From assembly GCA_964304625.1 (NCBI GenBank), contig OZ199839.1:10089201-10153200 (forward strand): DNA of 64,000 nt, given 5' to 3'. A model generated the notes under the pieces. The model was not told the origin of the DNA, did not search any database, and was given only the letters and a program-made list of their open reading frames with translations. Below are positions 40,052-53,967 of this stretch, one piece after another. A program made the translations under genes and the position numbers. Each line of letters begins with the position of its first letter. Position 1 is the first letter of the stretch. This DNA is from Kudoa neothunni (lineage: Eukaryota > Animalia > Cnidaria).

Positions 40052-41019
40052 TAGTAGTTTAATTTCCGACTAATATTTTTAAAATCCGTCTTATTCTATT
40101 CTGATAATGAGTTGTAAATTTAATCAATTTTATCTAATAATTGATATGGGTGAATAATGATTATAATACATTTCAGTTACACATATAGACGAATGAATAT
40201 TTCATATTTAAAGGCAAATCATGTTATATAAAATAATGAGTATAGCCATTAAAGCTACTAATATTTCAAATACATATTTTAAAATGTAAAATTAATTTAA
40301 AACATGTAAACCAACCTAATTTATTCTAGATATTGATTTATAAACTTTAATATAAACAAAAACAAAATTTGATAAATAATTAGCATTTTCGAATTAATAT
40401 CTTCTTTCAAAATTTCATCAAAAACTATTTATAAATTTATTGGGCGTAATTAGAGAAAACACTATGAACTCCTAAAATGAAACCTTACAGCTACCTCGGA
40501 ACTGTTATGATAAGGGGTAATACGCATTATTTGTTTATATCATTTTTTTAATATAAAATAAATATTATTTTAAATGTATACTGTGGTTAATAGGATCCTA
40601 TCGCAGAAATAAATATCTTCTTTATTTTCATTATATTTTTTAATCCGAAAGTGTATTATCATTTCTATTGTAATAACTTGCATTATGATTTATTCTTAAC
40701 CTCGACACTCTCAAATTTTTCATCCCCTATTAATGAGTTACATAAATTATTTTTATACCTATTAAATTTAATTATTTATTGCCTGCGCTCCTATAATCCA
40801 TAAGTAATTATCTACTGATAGAAAATCAATTTCTGCTGTAATAGACATTACTTCATTGAAAATAATAAATTGTTAAGAACTACTCAAAATGTTCACACAA
40901 AAATTCCATATATTAATGATTTAATAGATTTTACAAATTGAAATTTTATCAACCAAAAAATGAGACATTTTAAGAAAACAACAACAAAATTTTTTAAAGA
41001 AAAATTTAAAAGTCTGGAT

Positions 41020-41825
41020 TTATTCACGTTCAACTAGAACTAAAAGTCCCAAGATACCAAGAAAAACATACTAAAACAAAACAGTTGAATAACCACAACA
41101 ACCGAAAATAGCAATACCTTAATCATTGGGGTGTCTGTCATTAGAATTGTTAGCATGCCAAGATATGGAATATTGCTACACGAATTTAGAATTTTTTCGT
41201 CCACACAATCAGTTACCCTTTAATAAATCCTGTGATTTGGTCAGGTAAAACCCACAGTTCTTTATCGTTATAAAGACCACGATCGTCGCCATTGTTGTTA
41301 TCTCCTTTGGTTAGAACTTTGAATTTTCTTGTTTTCCCCCTAGATCGAATTTTCAGTCGTTGGTCATCCATTACCCAAATAATTCACTATTCATACGTGT
41401 CATGGATAGCCACAACTCTATGAACTATAGGGATCTCTCTTCCTTCTATCTTAAATACTACAATGTCTCCCACAACCACCTCTTTGTAAGGATCATAACT
41501 GACAAATAAAAGATCCCCTCGGTAACACATTGGCTCCATACTTCCACTAAACACAATTGAAATTAAACTCCACACTTTTAAGCAGTTTGGTTATTTTCCG
41601 GTAACCTAGATAATTCATTTCAACTCACCCACCTTAAAACTACAACTATAGGGCTCTCACAGTTGGCATACACACACAATCCTTTCCATATCATAAATGC
41701 CACCGATAATACCAAACCTAAGCTGGCCACTTGATTAACCGACTAAATTATTGTTATTGGGAATTTTTATAATCAAACACTTGTCGAAAATCGTATCTTT
41801 TGCATTCATCAAAAAGTCCTAACAT
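41020..41825 (-). CDS. SEC11: Signal peptidase complex catalytic subunit SEC11, 6 exons
   Basis: Spliced product [15 protein letters not shown]|SVNQ...IWKGL...ESPIVVVLS|GSMEP..RGDLL...REIPIVHRV|...LTKGDNN.DDRGLY...|IPYLGMLTI...|[16 protein letters not shown], with five GT-AG introns. Confidence 0.95.
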
Positions 41826-44800
41826 TTTATCAGATGACTGTGCGCGCACGGTATACAATAATGCTGACACGTAGCATTTTTTATTGCTGTATCTCCTGTA
41901 TCTTTATGTATTAATACATGGTTTTTTTAATGTTTTAATTGTAAAATGGATTTATCTTAAGAATTTTAATTGATTTATTAGGAAATTTTTGACATAGTTC
42001 TCAGAAATTATTATTCATACTATAATTATTTAATAATTATACTTTCATTAATTTTTATTCAAAATTGCTCATGAAAATCTTCTTAAAATTTTTTTAGGAC
42101 ATTGTTATATTACAATGACATATGGGTTTTTCGTAATATTGAGATATATTTAGATTTTTGTAGATAAAATTCTTGATTTATTGTATTGACAAAAAATATT
42201 TCTATATAAATTTTGTTAAAATTTTAATGTTTAAAAACGATTTCATTCGACCAATTTTTTAATGAATTTATATTATGTCAAATTTTGGATTTTAAATTCT
42301 GCATTTCCAGGTGGTAAAAAGATAGACAGAGGCTATTGACATGGTAAAATTTAATCCTAAACTTCATATATGCAAGCGAAATGAGAATTGATAATCTCGG
42401 CAGCTCTTACTTAAAAGCTGGTATCAGATTAAATAGAGTCAAAACTAATTCCACCTGAATATTATTTTATTTATTTTTATTCAAATACATTTAGACAGCT
42501 TCTTTTCTGGGTTTATTAAATTTTCATTAGCCCACTGCCACAAAATTTAAATTAATATCTAGCTGAGTATATAACAGCGCTTCCCTATTCATTTTAATTC
42601 TCGCCCCCATCATGTACGAGATTTAAAAAATTATTAAATTCTAGGCAGGAGAAATATTTTTACTAAAGTTATTTTAAAACGAAAACAGATTTGAATTAAA
42701 TTAATAAAACTGATAATAAATTGTTTTGACTTTTTTCTTGTCTTGATTGGACAATTATTTAAGTTAAAATGGGGTTCTTTATCAGTTAAAGATATAGATA
42801 AATCATTATTTGTGGACAAACTAGATATAATAATATTTTAGTGAAAAATATAAAATGAGAATAATTGCGCTTGCGCCAAATTTTTGATTTTGTATTTTTA
42901 TTGTTGGTTATAAATTTATAAACTAAATGACAAAAATAAACATTTGACCAGATCTAGAATAAAAAGTTTTAGTTTATATAATTTTTGAGTCCAAATTGAT
43001 ACTAATTTAAAGGATTAAAATTTAAAATAATTTAACAACAAAAATAAATATCTTAATCTTAATGCTAGTGAAAGTTTAATTACAATTTTCTCTATAGTTT
43101 ACTTAAGAAAATAAGCAATAAAATTTTAAATAATTCGACCTATTTCAAAACTCTTAACGAATCATTATCTTTTTTATTAAAAATTAAAAATTTCATAATT
43201 TTCTTTGTTGGAGTATTAATAATTTCAACTAAATAATTTATTTTAAAATTAAAATGAAATAAATTATCAATTTTATTTTATGTACTAATTAATATAAAAT
43301 GAAATTAATTTTCAATTAGATTCTTCAAATGACTATTTTTTTATCAGATTTATTTTCAGCTTCGATCGCGCACATGATATATTTTCGAGAGAGATTCTGA
43401 TTACCTAGAATCGGTACATTATGTACGAAGCAAACAACCATAAAATTTTTTCGTTGACTCAAGGTGAGTCTTAGACCCTCAGTAACTGTCTTCCTGGCGT
43501 ATGGAATAAGAAATTTGTTAGGTCTATTCATCACAAGATGGCGGCCTGTGAGGCGAACTTTTCGTCTTTATTTTATACAAAAAATACGTGTCCGAATTCA
43601 CTATATCTCAAAAAGATTTTTGCGTGTCTCATTGACCAACAAAGTGCTGAGATTTGAATTTCTGATTACAAATAGAATAAGAACTAGAAAGCCCCCAGAT
43701 CCAATTAATATTGAGCAGTTATTTTTTGAAACTTTTTTTTTGTGGACTATATAGATCAGTGTTTTCCTACAAATTTTACACCTGTATCCCATCCTAATTT
43801 CGGTATTCACTTCACACCCCCTCCTCCATGTGAATGTCAAGACTCAATTATACTTTTTATTTAAATGCGACAGTAATAATACCAATGAAAAATGTCTAAA
43901 AATTATAATTTTAGTTTATATTTTAATTTTATAATTTTCCCAATTACTTCTAAAATAATTTAAAACTAAAATGTTTTGGTTAACTCAATCTGCTATACAT
44001 TATTGAAAAAGGATGAACATTATCTTTTCACTACTCATGAGTTAAAAAAATGATCGGAGCTATTATTCATTCCTGCTTATATATATATACGTACCATTTT
44101 TATGTAAAGTAATAAATAATTCGAATAGATCATGTTGTTATAATTATTTCAATATATTTGATGCAAAAATGAATATAAAGGTAATACTAAACTATAAAAA
44201 GTATGGTCGCTTGATAAGTTTCGTACTTAAAGTTTAAAATTAAATAAACCAAATAAAGATAGCCAATTCGTATAGTTCACAAGAAATATTATTTCGAAAT
44301 CAGTTGTTATTTGTTATTTATTTGATCTGTCGATTCTCTTGCTCTCGTCGGGTTTTCATAAGTAGTTCAAAGCAGGATATTTTGTTGGATTATGAAACAT
44401 GAAAATCGTTTTCGATGTATAGTGAATTCCAATACTTATTATTTGTATATAATGAAGTCGATAAGCTTGTTTCATATGCTATCTTGTGTTGAATAAATCT
44501 AGCGACTTCCCTATTCTATATTGAGTCAGACGTTAACTTAAATTTTGAGGCTGTGGGTTAATAAAAATGCACTAGATTCAAAACAATATGCCTTTTAAAT
44601 ATACCTTAATAAAATAACTAATATATATATATTGTTAAAATGGGTATTCATTTATTAATACGCATAAATAAATGCTTTGATTCTTGTTTTACCTATATAT
44701 TAAACATTAAAGAACAATTCAACTTAGATTTATATCGGAGGTAAGGTACAAATTCTAAAGTAAAACTTGAGACGTAACAATAAAAACTACGAAATTAAAT

Positions 44801-46689
44801 GATGGATCTCAAATTTAGATCGAAGACAAAGTTACAAATACGCCGTGGTTTCATTTTTATGGATGTAGATTATTTCTAAGTAGATAAAAATGTCGACAAC
44901 ATACTTACAGCTTAAGCATATAAATATGTTATTTTGAAAGATAACAAAGTTACGATTTTACATGAAAATAGTGATAGTTAGGTTTTGCACGCTGAATAGG
45001 TTTAATATAAACTATTACCATACTGAGCTATTTTATAGAATTTAACAGAATAAATTATATCCCATTTTTTGAATAGATACTGTTTGATATCAAAACAATC
45101 AAAAATTTTATTACACGTATTACTTCCTTACATGATTTAAAAGGGACAAACGAAAATTACGAAGTGAATAAATTAAGATTAATTTTTAAATTTATTTTAG
45201 AACGACTCCTACACCGTTTGTAGGGAAACAATGATATAGACGAATGTTTATTTGGCTCATTTAATTTTTTTCCCTTAAGCACATAGTTTAATTAAACGAG
45301 AATAATTTTGCTTCTAATATTTCGTAATATTTATAACAACATTTTTGATTTTTGGTTATTATTTTGGGTAAAAATGATATATTCAACCAGAGACAAATCA
45401 TAGATCCAACCATTTAGCGTTGATTTATGACACAGAAACAGATAATATTCATCCTTCTTAAATTATACGTAGAAAGTTAAATTAATCTACACAGCTTTGT
45501 TTTTGATTTATCCATTTTATAAATATTTAGGAAAATTTATATTTTAAAATATAAACTAAAATAATATAAAATATAATTTTAGGGTATTTTTCGCATTTAT
45601 ATAAAAAGTAAATTTCGGGTGAAGTTGAATCTTGACTTTTTTATGCACGAGGAGATGCAAAATAAGCGCTGAAGTTAGCATGGATGTACGGGAGGAAAAT
45701 ATGTAGGGAAAAAACGCCCAAATAAGAAATAATAACACAACTATTAAATTCCATCAATATTAAAATATGACATGTTTGAATAATTATTATTTTTAATGAC
45801 ATCAATAATATTTTGTGATAAGAAGCACGGAACACAAAAATTTTTTAAATTTGAAAAAAAACGTTCTTATAGAATATTCCTAAATAAAGGAATAAAAATA
45901 TTTATGTAATAATATGTTTTACTTGGCTAATAACAAAGAAGTATATTATTTTTTGCAATTTTTAAGAAGAATATCGCTAATTTATTTGACCCTCTAAGGG
46001 GCTTGGGGTCTTTTAGACATCAAAAGGATTTTAATTTGTTAATGGAATATTTATTGTTTATCTGAGATACTTAAAATTTAGTCTTTTCTCCTAAATTATT
46101 TTATTAAATAAATTCATAAAACATTTGATGTGGAACATTGATATCTTATCAAACAAAGTTTCTGTCCTCCAAGGGGCTTTGGGGTAGAAGTGACCCCTGA
46201 ATTTTTTAGTTCAATGAATGCATAATATTATCACAAAACGATATGGAAGATTTTAAAAAATTCTATTCAAGGAATACTGAGAAATTAAATAATTATTATT
46301 CAAGATAATCCTATTAATTATGCGGGGTCATATATGTCGTAAGCCGTCCTTTCAACAAGTATTATGATATTGTGACGCTAAGGTTTATTATCCGAAACAA
46401 ACAAAATTAACAAAGTTACTAACTCCACTAACGATAAATATTTCATAATAAATAGGCCTTTAATAATTTACAGATAGATTTGTAGAACAATGACAACATT
46501 CACCAATGAAAGATTATAGTTAGAGCGATAATTAATCCTATAATTTTAAATTTGAATTGTGACATTTATTAAACAGTTTATAATAGGAGTGCAAATAATT
46601 TTGTCAAATAATTTATTCTTGATATTGGCGTTAAACATTTTCTACATTGATTATCTAATATTTGTACTATATATGAAATTCTCATTCTT

Positions 46690-46970
46690 ATAGTTGGGTC
46701 TTGAGCCTTCCACGAATTGGCGCCAAAACGGAATCCCCGTTGCGGCAAGAATTGGAAACCATTTCCTTCCTTATTCAACGAGTATTTGGTCCCCGCTTCT
46801 TCATGAATTATAACTCTTACATTGTCCCGTCGATTCGGTGAAGAAACGTGGGACCAATGTTCCCCTCAACAACGATCACATCATGAAACATTCTTACCGT
46901 CGGAAACGGCGGTACTAATTATCAAAAATGAAGGTAGGACCACATCGGGATGTAGGGCCTCTCACCCTAT
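46690..46970 (-). mobile_element. Possible decayed retroelement fragment (GC-rich islet)
   Basis: Local GC enrichment. The minus frame reads CDRC*GEHWSHVS, resembling a broken Gag zinc knuckle. No other motif is secure. Confidence 0.25.
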
Positions 46971-49574
46971 TTAAACATGTTCTTAATATTTTACTATTTG
47001 ACTCTCTCGTGCTTTTTTTCAATTCACTCTGTGTATTCTTTGGCATTTGGCGCGTATACAACATTTATGAATTCCTGTATTTAATATTTAATAATACGTA
47101 GCTGCTAAGGAGAAATTGTTAAAACGCATAGAAATCAGTTGCAAAAAATAAATTATAGAATACATCAAGGATGCTTTACTCAATTAAGTGTTATGGCCTG
47201 TAAAAATGATCACAAGGGGCCAGGGGGATACATAATAGATTAAAACAACTATCGTGTATATCTGAAAGATAATATTAAATGTAAATTCATGTAGGATCAA
47301 AAATAAACTATTCATCGTGGTCGATTTGATTCGCTGTGTCTGTTTTTGATTACGGTCACTATTCTGCATTTTTACAGCATAGATTGTCTTTATTAGAATT
47401 TATATTTTATTTCTCATTAAAATTTTTGTTTGTCATTGTTTCAAATGAGACTAAACTTACTTTGATTATAATCACGAGTTATTACGAAATAATACCTAAT
47501 CTTACTGAAGCAGATCACCGAGGATTAATTATGCAGTAATTGATTGTTTCCTCAATATTCTTTGAGCAGAAGTTCTTCATATTTTTCTCATAACTTTATA
47601 ATAATTTTTTGAATATCTTAAGAGAACAAAAATTCTGGGCTCTTTTTACCCCGAAACCCGTTGGAGGGTGGTTGTTTTTTCATTTGTTAGTGGGTTAATG
47701 CGGTAATCCAGTTAGTTAACCAATTACATAAAACTAAGTTTAATAAAAGCTGGATTATTTATTGTAAATCTATTAACTTTTAATAAATTTCAAATAGATG
47801 AGTGAATCATTTGCATATAATATGTCTAAAATGTTATCATGACAAAAATTCAAATAGAAATTTTTTTCACGAATGATTTAGTTATAAATATTAAATTTTC
47901 GTGTTAAACTGTTAGTTAGTCTATTTCTATGATAAATTTTTATAATTTTTAACGCCTGTTTTTAAAAAATCCACTAGATAATTAGTAAAAAGTTTCTGTA
48001 AAAATTCTAAGTACTGCAAAGAAAAGAAAAAATGAAAAATACATTCAATAAATTGTAATACTATAACCTAATATATATCGTACTGAATATTAGCTATATA
48101 TAGGGAAATATTGTAGGAAAAACAATAATAGTATCTAATCACAATATATCAGTACCTAAAAACCAAACATATTCCAAACAAGAGTATTACTAGGTTACGT
48201 GTAAACGAATTGCTATAGGATGTCATGCACTGAGAGATCCATAATCAGTAAATTACTCTATAACTAAAAGTAAAATTATATGAACATACACAAAGTTTAA
48301 TTTAATCAATCATTCGTTAATTAATTAGTAACAAATAAATCAATATTTTATATTATTTGGAGATTATAATTTATAGTAATACTTCAAAAAATAATTCTAT
48401 TAGTTTTACGATGGCACTTTAAGAAATAAATTCTACAGTTTAAACCAAATAGTTTTATTCAATAAATAGAACCAATTAAAATGTAGGTATATATATCATT
48501 AATTGATCCTTATAGTTGTATCATGAATCCAATGAAATATTATTTCATTAATTATTTATTTATCTGTGTTATGGTGTATACAAAATGATGTATTTTACTT
48601 CGTAGAATCTAAAAAATTTATATCTGGCGGAATAAATAGAAATTTTAATCATATACACATTTTGTACAACTCAAATGGTTGGATTTAAATGTAGCAGATA
48701 ATTCTTCATATTTGTTTAAACACACATATTGTTAATGTAAAATTTATATAAACATTTCACTAAAAAGTACCATGTATATATTATATATATATATATTTGA
48801 TTTGTCAGTTCATTCATTCATTCATTTTTATTTATATTTATTTTACTAATTTAAAGAGATATGCCTTATATACAAAAAAATTGGAATTCCTGACAGGTAA
48901 GCTAGATAAACTAATTATGATAAAAATCCTCAGAATTTTCCAAAAAATATTAACATTTAGTTATACTGTACTATTTCTATAGTAATTTGTTATAAATAAA
49001 AATAAACTTATGTAATGAAAATTATATAAATATAAAAATTAAATGAAGATTCTGGTTTCTTGAAAAATTTAATAACAAATAATAATCTTTGACGTATTTT
49101 CTAGTGAATATTTTCATCTTAAATATACGTTATCTAATTTACTATGAAAAAGAATATATAACTTTATTGATATATGAATAAACTTAATATTTAATGTTTT
49201 GCGATTCATGATAATACCTTGTACATAATGCATTAAGGACATTTACATCCCAAGTACCAAAATTATTTTAATCGCCATCGTAAAAATTGGTAAAAAAATT
49301 TTAAAACATACAAATTCAGATTCTGTTCAGTGTTAAATTTATAATTTTCGGTGAAGACATGTTAATACATCAAATGTAAAAAATTAACACCCACGAACTT
49401 CAATTATACTTATTTAATGGATAGTCATAAAATAGTTAAAAACTTTATTTAGAATATTCAAAAATCTTTGTCAAGCAATGCGTAGAATTTAGGTTTTATT
49501 TATTATGTGTATATATACAAACTGGCATTTCCTTTTAAAGTTAAATCTACGTAAGAAGAATAGAAATTACCTAT

Positions 49575-51892
49575 TTAATTACCACCACCTAGTGATTTTT
49601 GCCTCTTTCTTAATAATCTTTTATATTTTCTTTTTACTTTAATTCTCCTCTCTATAAATTGATCATATCATACCATATTCGAATGAAACATACTTGCTGG
49701 AATAACCACGCTAACTTTATTTGATTTTGTAGCAGGTATGACATGAACCGTGTATTGTTTCCTGGCTCTGTATTTATGATTATAGATTATGGATGAGCAT
49801 AAAGGTGCAGATGAACATTTCCCGGCATTAGGATCTTTATAGCTGTCGGAAACAGACGCTGAATTGTCTTCTACCCCCAAATCTGAGGGCAAACAGGAGT
49901 ATACGGTCTCATGTTTATCGTTCGTTTTCACCTGGACGACGAAATAACAAGTAGTGGTTGTTTGTTTACCGTTTGAAAATTGTCCGTTCAGCTCAAAACC
50001 TCCTCGAATGTGTTTGTATGATACTTTAAAAGTATCCCTCGCTAAATGTAGTCCATATTTGCACGCAATTAAGATAATATACTACCTAATGTAACGTCTT
50101 TGTAGATAACGGATCCATAGGTAGAATGAGCCGTAACTTTGAAATCGTACAGAGCATTTGGATCCAATTTGACAATCGCCTTGGTGTCTCTACACTTACC
50201 TCGACATGGATAGCTGTCAGTGCATACGGCACATCTGTATATGTTTTTTCCAGCAGGGCTTAGGTAGTAAGCGCATGTAGGTTCATCCGGAGAATTGCCA
50301 GGATTGCCTTCGAGAACCTTGGCCAAAATAACATTACCATTCAAGTGTAACCCTTCGTTTGAGAAATGTTTATCTTTCTTATGAGCTTTAATAATATGTA
50401 ATAAATGACATAAATAAATGTCACCATTGGCTACCTGTTCTAATAAATATATGTTCTTTAAACTTCACAGTTCCGTCATTGGCAATATTGGCTACTTCTA
50501 ACACGTAAGGACTGCCACTTTTTAGATCATTCAGCACTAGCTTGCTGCAATCTTTTTTGCAATTATGAATTTGAGGGAGTGAACTTCCGGGTTCACAACT
50601 TGTTACATCTCCCACAGGTTTGCGAGGTTGATCTGCATGATAGTGCGAAATCACGCACGTCTCAAACTTTTCAGATTCATCTGACGTTGGTTTAAATAAT
50701 TGAGCATTTAAGGTTAACCCATTTTCTGTGTATTCGGATAGCAACTCGTTATCATTTTCATTGAATACTACACAAAATAAACACTATCCAGCTCTGTTAT
50801 CAATAGTTTATTACCAAATTTTTTCGCTTTGTATCCAATGTAGGTGTTGTATATTTTGAATAATGGGAAATATCGGGTTTGGATGATGACCTCTATAACC
50901 GGAGTGGACTCACTAAGTACCAATTCGACGTCTCGGCACAACGAATAGCAGTTCGAGTCCCCACTGTTTCCACACTTTGATTCGTAGGGCTTATTGTTAG
51001 ATGCAGAGTGACCACTTCTCGCTCTGAACAAACACATCTCAAATGGAAACGCGTTTGTGAATTTTAGTAGATATTTGTGGGTATCCCCACCCTTCGAACG
51101 TGTCACATAGTAGTGTGGTTTGTAGATATCAATTGTAGACATCATAAATACGTTGGGAATGCTATAGGTTAGACTCGGAAGACTTTCGCATCTCATTTCA
51201 AATCGAGGAATCATATAGTTCATTTGGACGCTGTTATCTGTGTTGTCTGTGGCACATGACTTACTGGCTGTTCCTGCAGCATATTTTATATCTTCATAGT
51301 AGATAGGACATGCAACTGGGTTGCAGGTTTTGGTTGCAAACTTCAATTTTTTCGTTTCACTATCAATAGAAATTCTCACGCTGGGATTAATCAATAATGC
51401 TATGAGTTGATAAAAATAATTCGAAAAACTCTATTTACGTGTAGAGAAGGCAAACAAATGTTTTTGTTCTGCGCCGCTATCACCATTGGCAATTACTTGG
51501 ATATATTGATTTTGACGCGGATTGATGGCGTCAAATGAGAAAGTGTAGCTACTTCCTTTTTTTCCACAATTAACCACACAGATATTTCCATCAGATGATT
51601 CATTCTTAGGGCAATTTGCAATATTATCAAAGGTAGAGGTGGCACTATTGTATTTCAACAATCGGCACTTTGTTGCGTTATTGAAATCGCCAAGTTCAAG
51701 TTTAAAGGCCATTTCATTTTCGACGCCCAGTTGATAATTACTGTAGGATAATTTACTGCTGTTATCGCTGTCATCTAATGGTTTCGTTTCAAAACTGTTA
51801 ATGTCTAATGTGTGTAACAATCAATAAATTTAAGTTTATTATAAATTACATAGCAGAACCAACAAAAATAATATTGTTGAAAACTTTGGCAT
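49575..51892 (-). CDS. Uncharacterised secreted protein (about 683 aa): signal peptide, six Cys-rich modules, polybasic C-terminal tail; paralog of 27043-29964
   Basis: Exons 51892-51850, 51804-51439, 51399-50815, 50767-50435, 50385-50086, 50041-49694, 49651-49575. Introns are GT-AG, 39-49 nt, all phase 1, at the same positions as in the paralog. Starts MPKFSTILFLLVLLY and ends KRRIKVKRKYKRLLRKRQKSLGGGN*. Confidence 0.85.
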
Positions 51893-52348
51893 TATACATA
51901 CGATAAGACTAGCCGAATACTATCTAATTATTGTGAATATTCTCAATTTTTCATATTGTTGTGCATAATACATGATTGAATTTTATTCATGGTTAATAAT
52001 ATTTTGATTCACTATCCCATCCAAGGGTTTATTGCGATCTGTTTTCAATCACATTAACCTCAATTAAGGCCCCTCCCATTACCTCTAATAAAGAGATCAA
52101 CAAGAACGGGTCTCAACATGGACGTAAATTCTTTAAATGTCTTAAAATCAAATCAAATCAAATTCAATCAATGAATATTTAATTTATCATACAGAAGTTA
52201 AATAAGTTAAATAGATGTATTTAAATTTGAATGAATTAATCGGTTAATTTATAAAGCAAAACTCAATTTTGTACAGGCTTAGATAAGCAAAATATATTCT
52301 GTTTAAATCAAATGTCAAAATTATAAGAAGTCAAATATACATTGATTG

Positions 52349-52385
<37 letters not shown>

Positions 52386-52819
52386 TTAATCAAGACTTCC
52401 ACAATTCTATTGCTACAATATATCTTATTGAACAAATAATCGAATGAGATTAACTCAACTTGTTGATGTCTATAATTTTAAAGTATTTTTAAAAAAATTT
52501 AAATAAGTATATATTAAAGGTTGACTTTAAAAAAAATATACTGTATTAATGTATTCCCTGTTCCTAAAAATATTAAATGTTCACAGCGTTAAAACACAGC
52601 GATGTATGGATTTTGCTCCATATGTGAATATCTAATTATAACTTCATTATTTTTCTACGATTTAAGTTTACTATACATATATATATTAGTTTTTAGTTAG
52701 AAATCACATAAAAACTCAGTAAATTTGTTGAACGTAGCGCATTTTCTGTCAACAATGCGAATTATGACTTTATCGTTGTAATAAGAGAACAAAATATGAG
52801 TTAAATTGTCTTAAAAACT

Positions 52820-53662
52820 TTAAGAAAAATTATTTAGAAAAAAGGGAAACGTCGTATACAATACATTTGGAACAATGAGACTGTCTGCTAATAAATAGAC
52901 ACATTTCTTGATATTTTTACAATAAACCGTATTTTTTCTTTTTTACTATAATTAAACTATTCTTCAAAGTTAATTAATATATCCATCATAAAGATATTTG
53001 TAATTTAGGGAGACCTATGAGAAAAAAAGGAGAAAGAAAAATGTGTGGAGTTTTGATAATCTAAAGCCCCATAATGATTGCTGTTGGTGGTTTCAAAAAG
53101 TTTTCAAGTCAATGCATAGTTCTCTGAATATATTTACTTATTTTTTTTCATTGCCAAAACATAACAACAGTCTGTTCCAACCAAAGGACTTATTTTGACA
53201 GATAAAAAGTTTGATAGTCAATTTAAAAAAAATATTTCAGCATTCAACTTCGTTTTTATAAAAATAATTAGATAATCTGACTGATGTTGATGCGTATTAG
53301 TTTTAAAATTGAAATTATTCACAAAAAATTCGATGTATAAAAATAAAATTCTTGTGATGTATTTAAATTTGAAGAAAATAGAATTTAATTTAAAAAGATA
53401 CTTTTCAGCAGTTCAAAAAAGCGTGATCGTTAATCATTTCTTTACTAATAAATGCCTTAAGTAATTACCATTACTTAATTCTTTTATGGATAAATTAGGT
53501 TTTTTTGATTACAATTAGAAGATAAAAATCCATGATATATACGGCTTTCTTTAAAAATGTTTAGCGCTTATGCTTTTCATATGATCCTATATTAGATAGT
53601 GGTTCATTATAGCGTGGTAAAATTCAAGTCTTGATTTATTATGTTATATCGTGGCTCTACTG
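52820..53662 (+). mobile_element. Highly decayed pogo/Tigger 3' fragment
   Basis: Remnants DNLKPH and LPKHNNSLFQPKD (compare the DDE_1 pattern LDN..H / LPPNTTS.LQP.D). Right end GTTATATCGTGGCTCTACTG|TA. Confidence 0.55.
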
Positions 53663-53967
53663 TACACAAACAAAATTTTCATAAGGCATTTTTGTTGCAA
53701 CTTCTCTCCTAATTAATAATTTTAATATTTATTTAATTAATTAAAACCGAAATTTTTAATGTTTTAAAACAACTGAGAACCGCCAAGCTTATTCAGCATT
53801 AGCAAATAATAATGGAAATGTCAATAGCAACTAATATCTGTAGGTGAACAGAGGAAAAAATATATGGTTACAAAAATAACTGAAAATTATATCGATAAAA
53901 GGTGTGTATTGAGAATTGGTTGATAATAAAAAACTCCAGCTATAATATGAAGACAATCCGTTGACAA

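Noticed and set aside
41547-41632. Internal AG|GT in the 86-nt SEC11 intron as a recursive splice site
   Set aside because: The first piece would be 27 nt, below the 38-nt minimum seen here, and AGGT is common by chance.
43325-43840. ORF with YRCKICRKTL and a perfect CAAGATGGCGGC YY1 motif
   Set aside because: No coherent spliced gene or transposase core could be built, and a single motif far from any gene start is not evidence of function.
44200-44560. Possible Tc1/IS630 remnant on the minus strand
   Set aside because: Only vague similarity, with no intact catalytic motif or termini.
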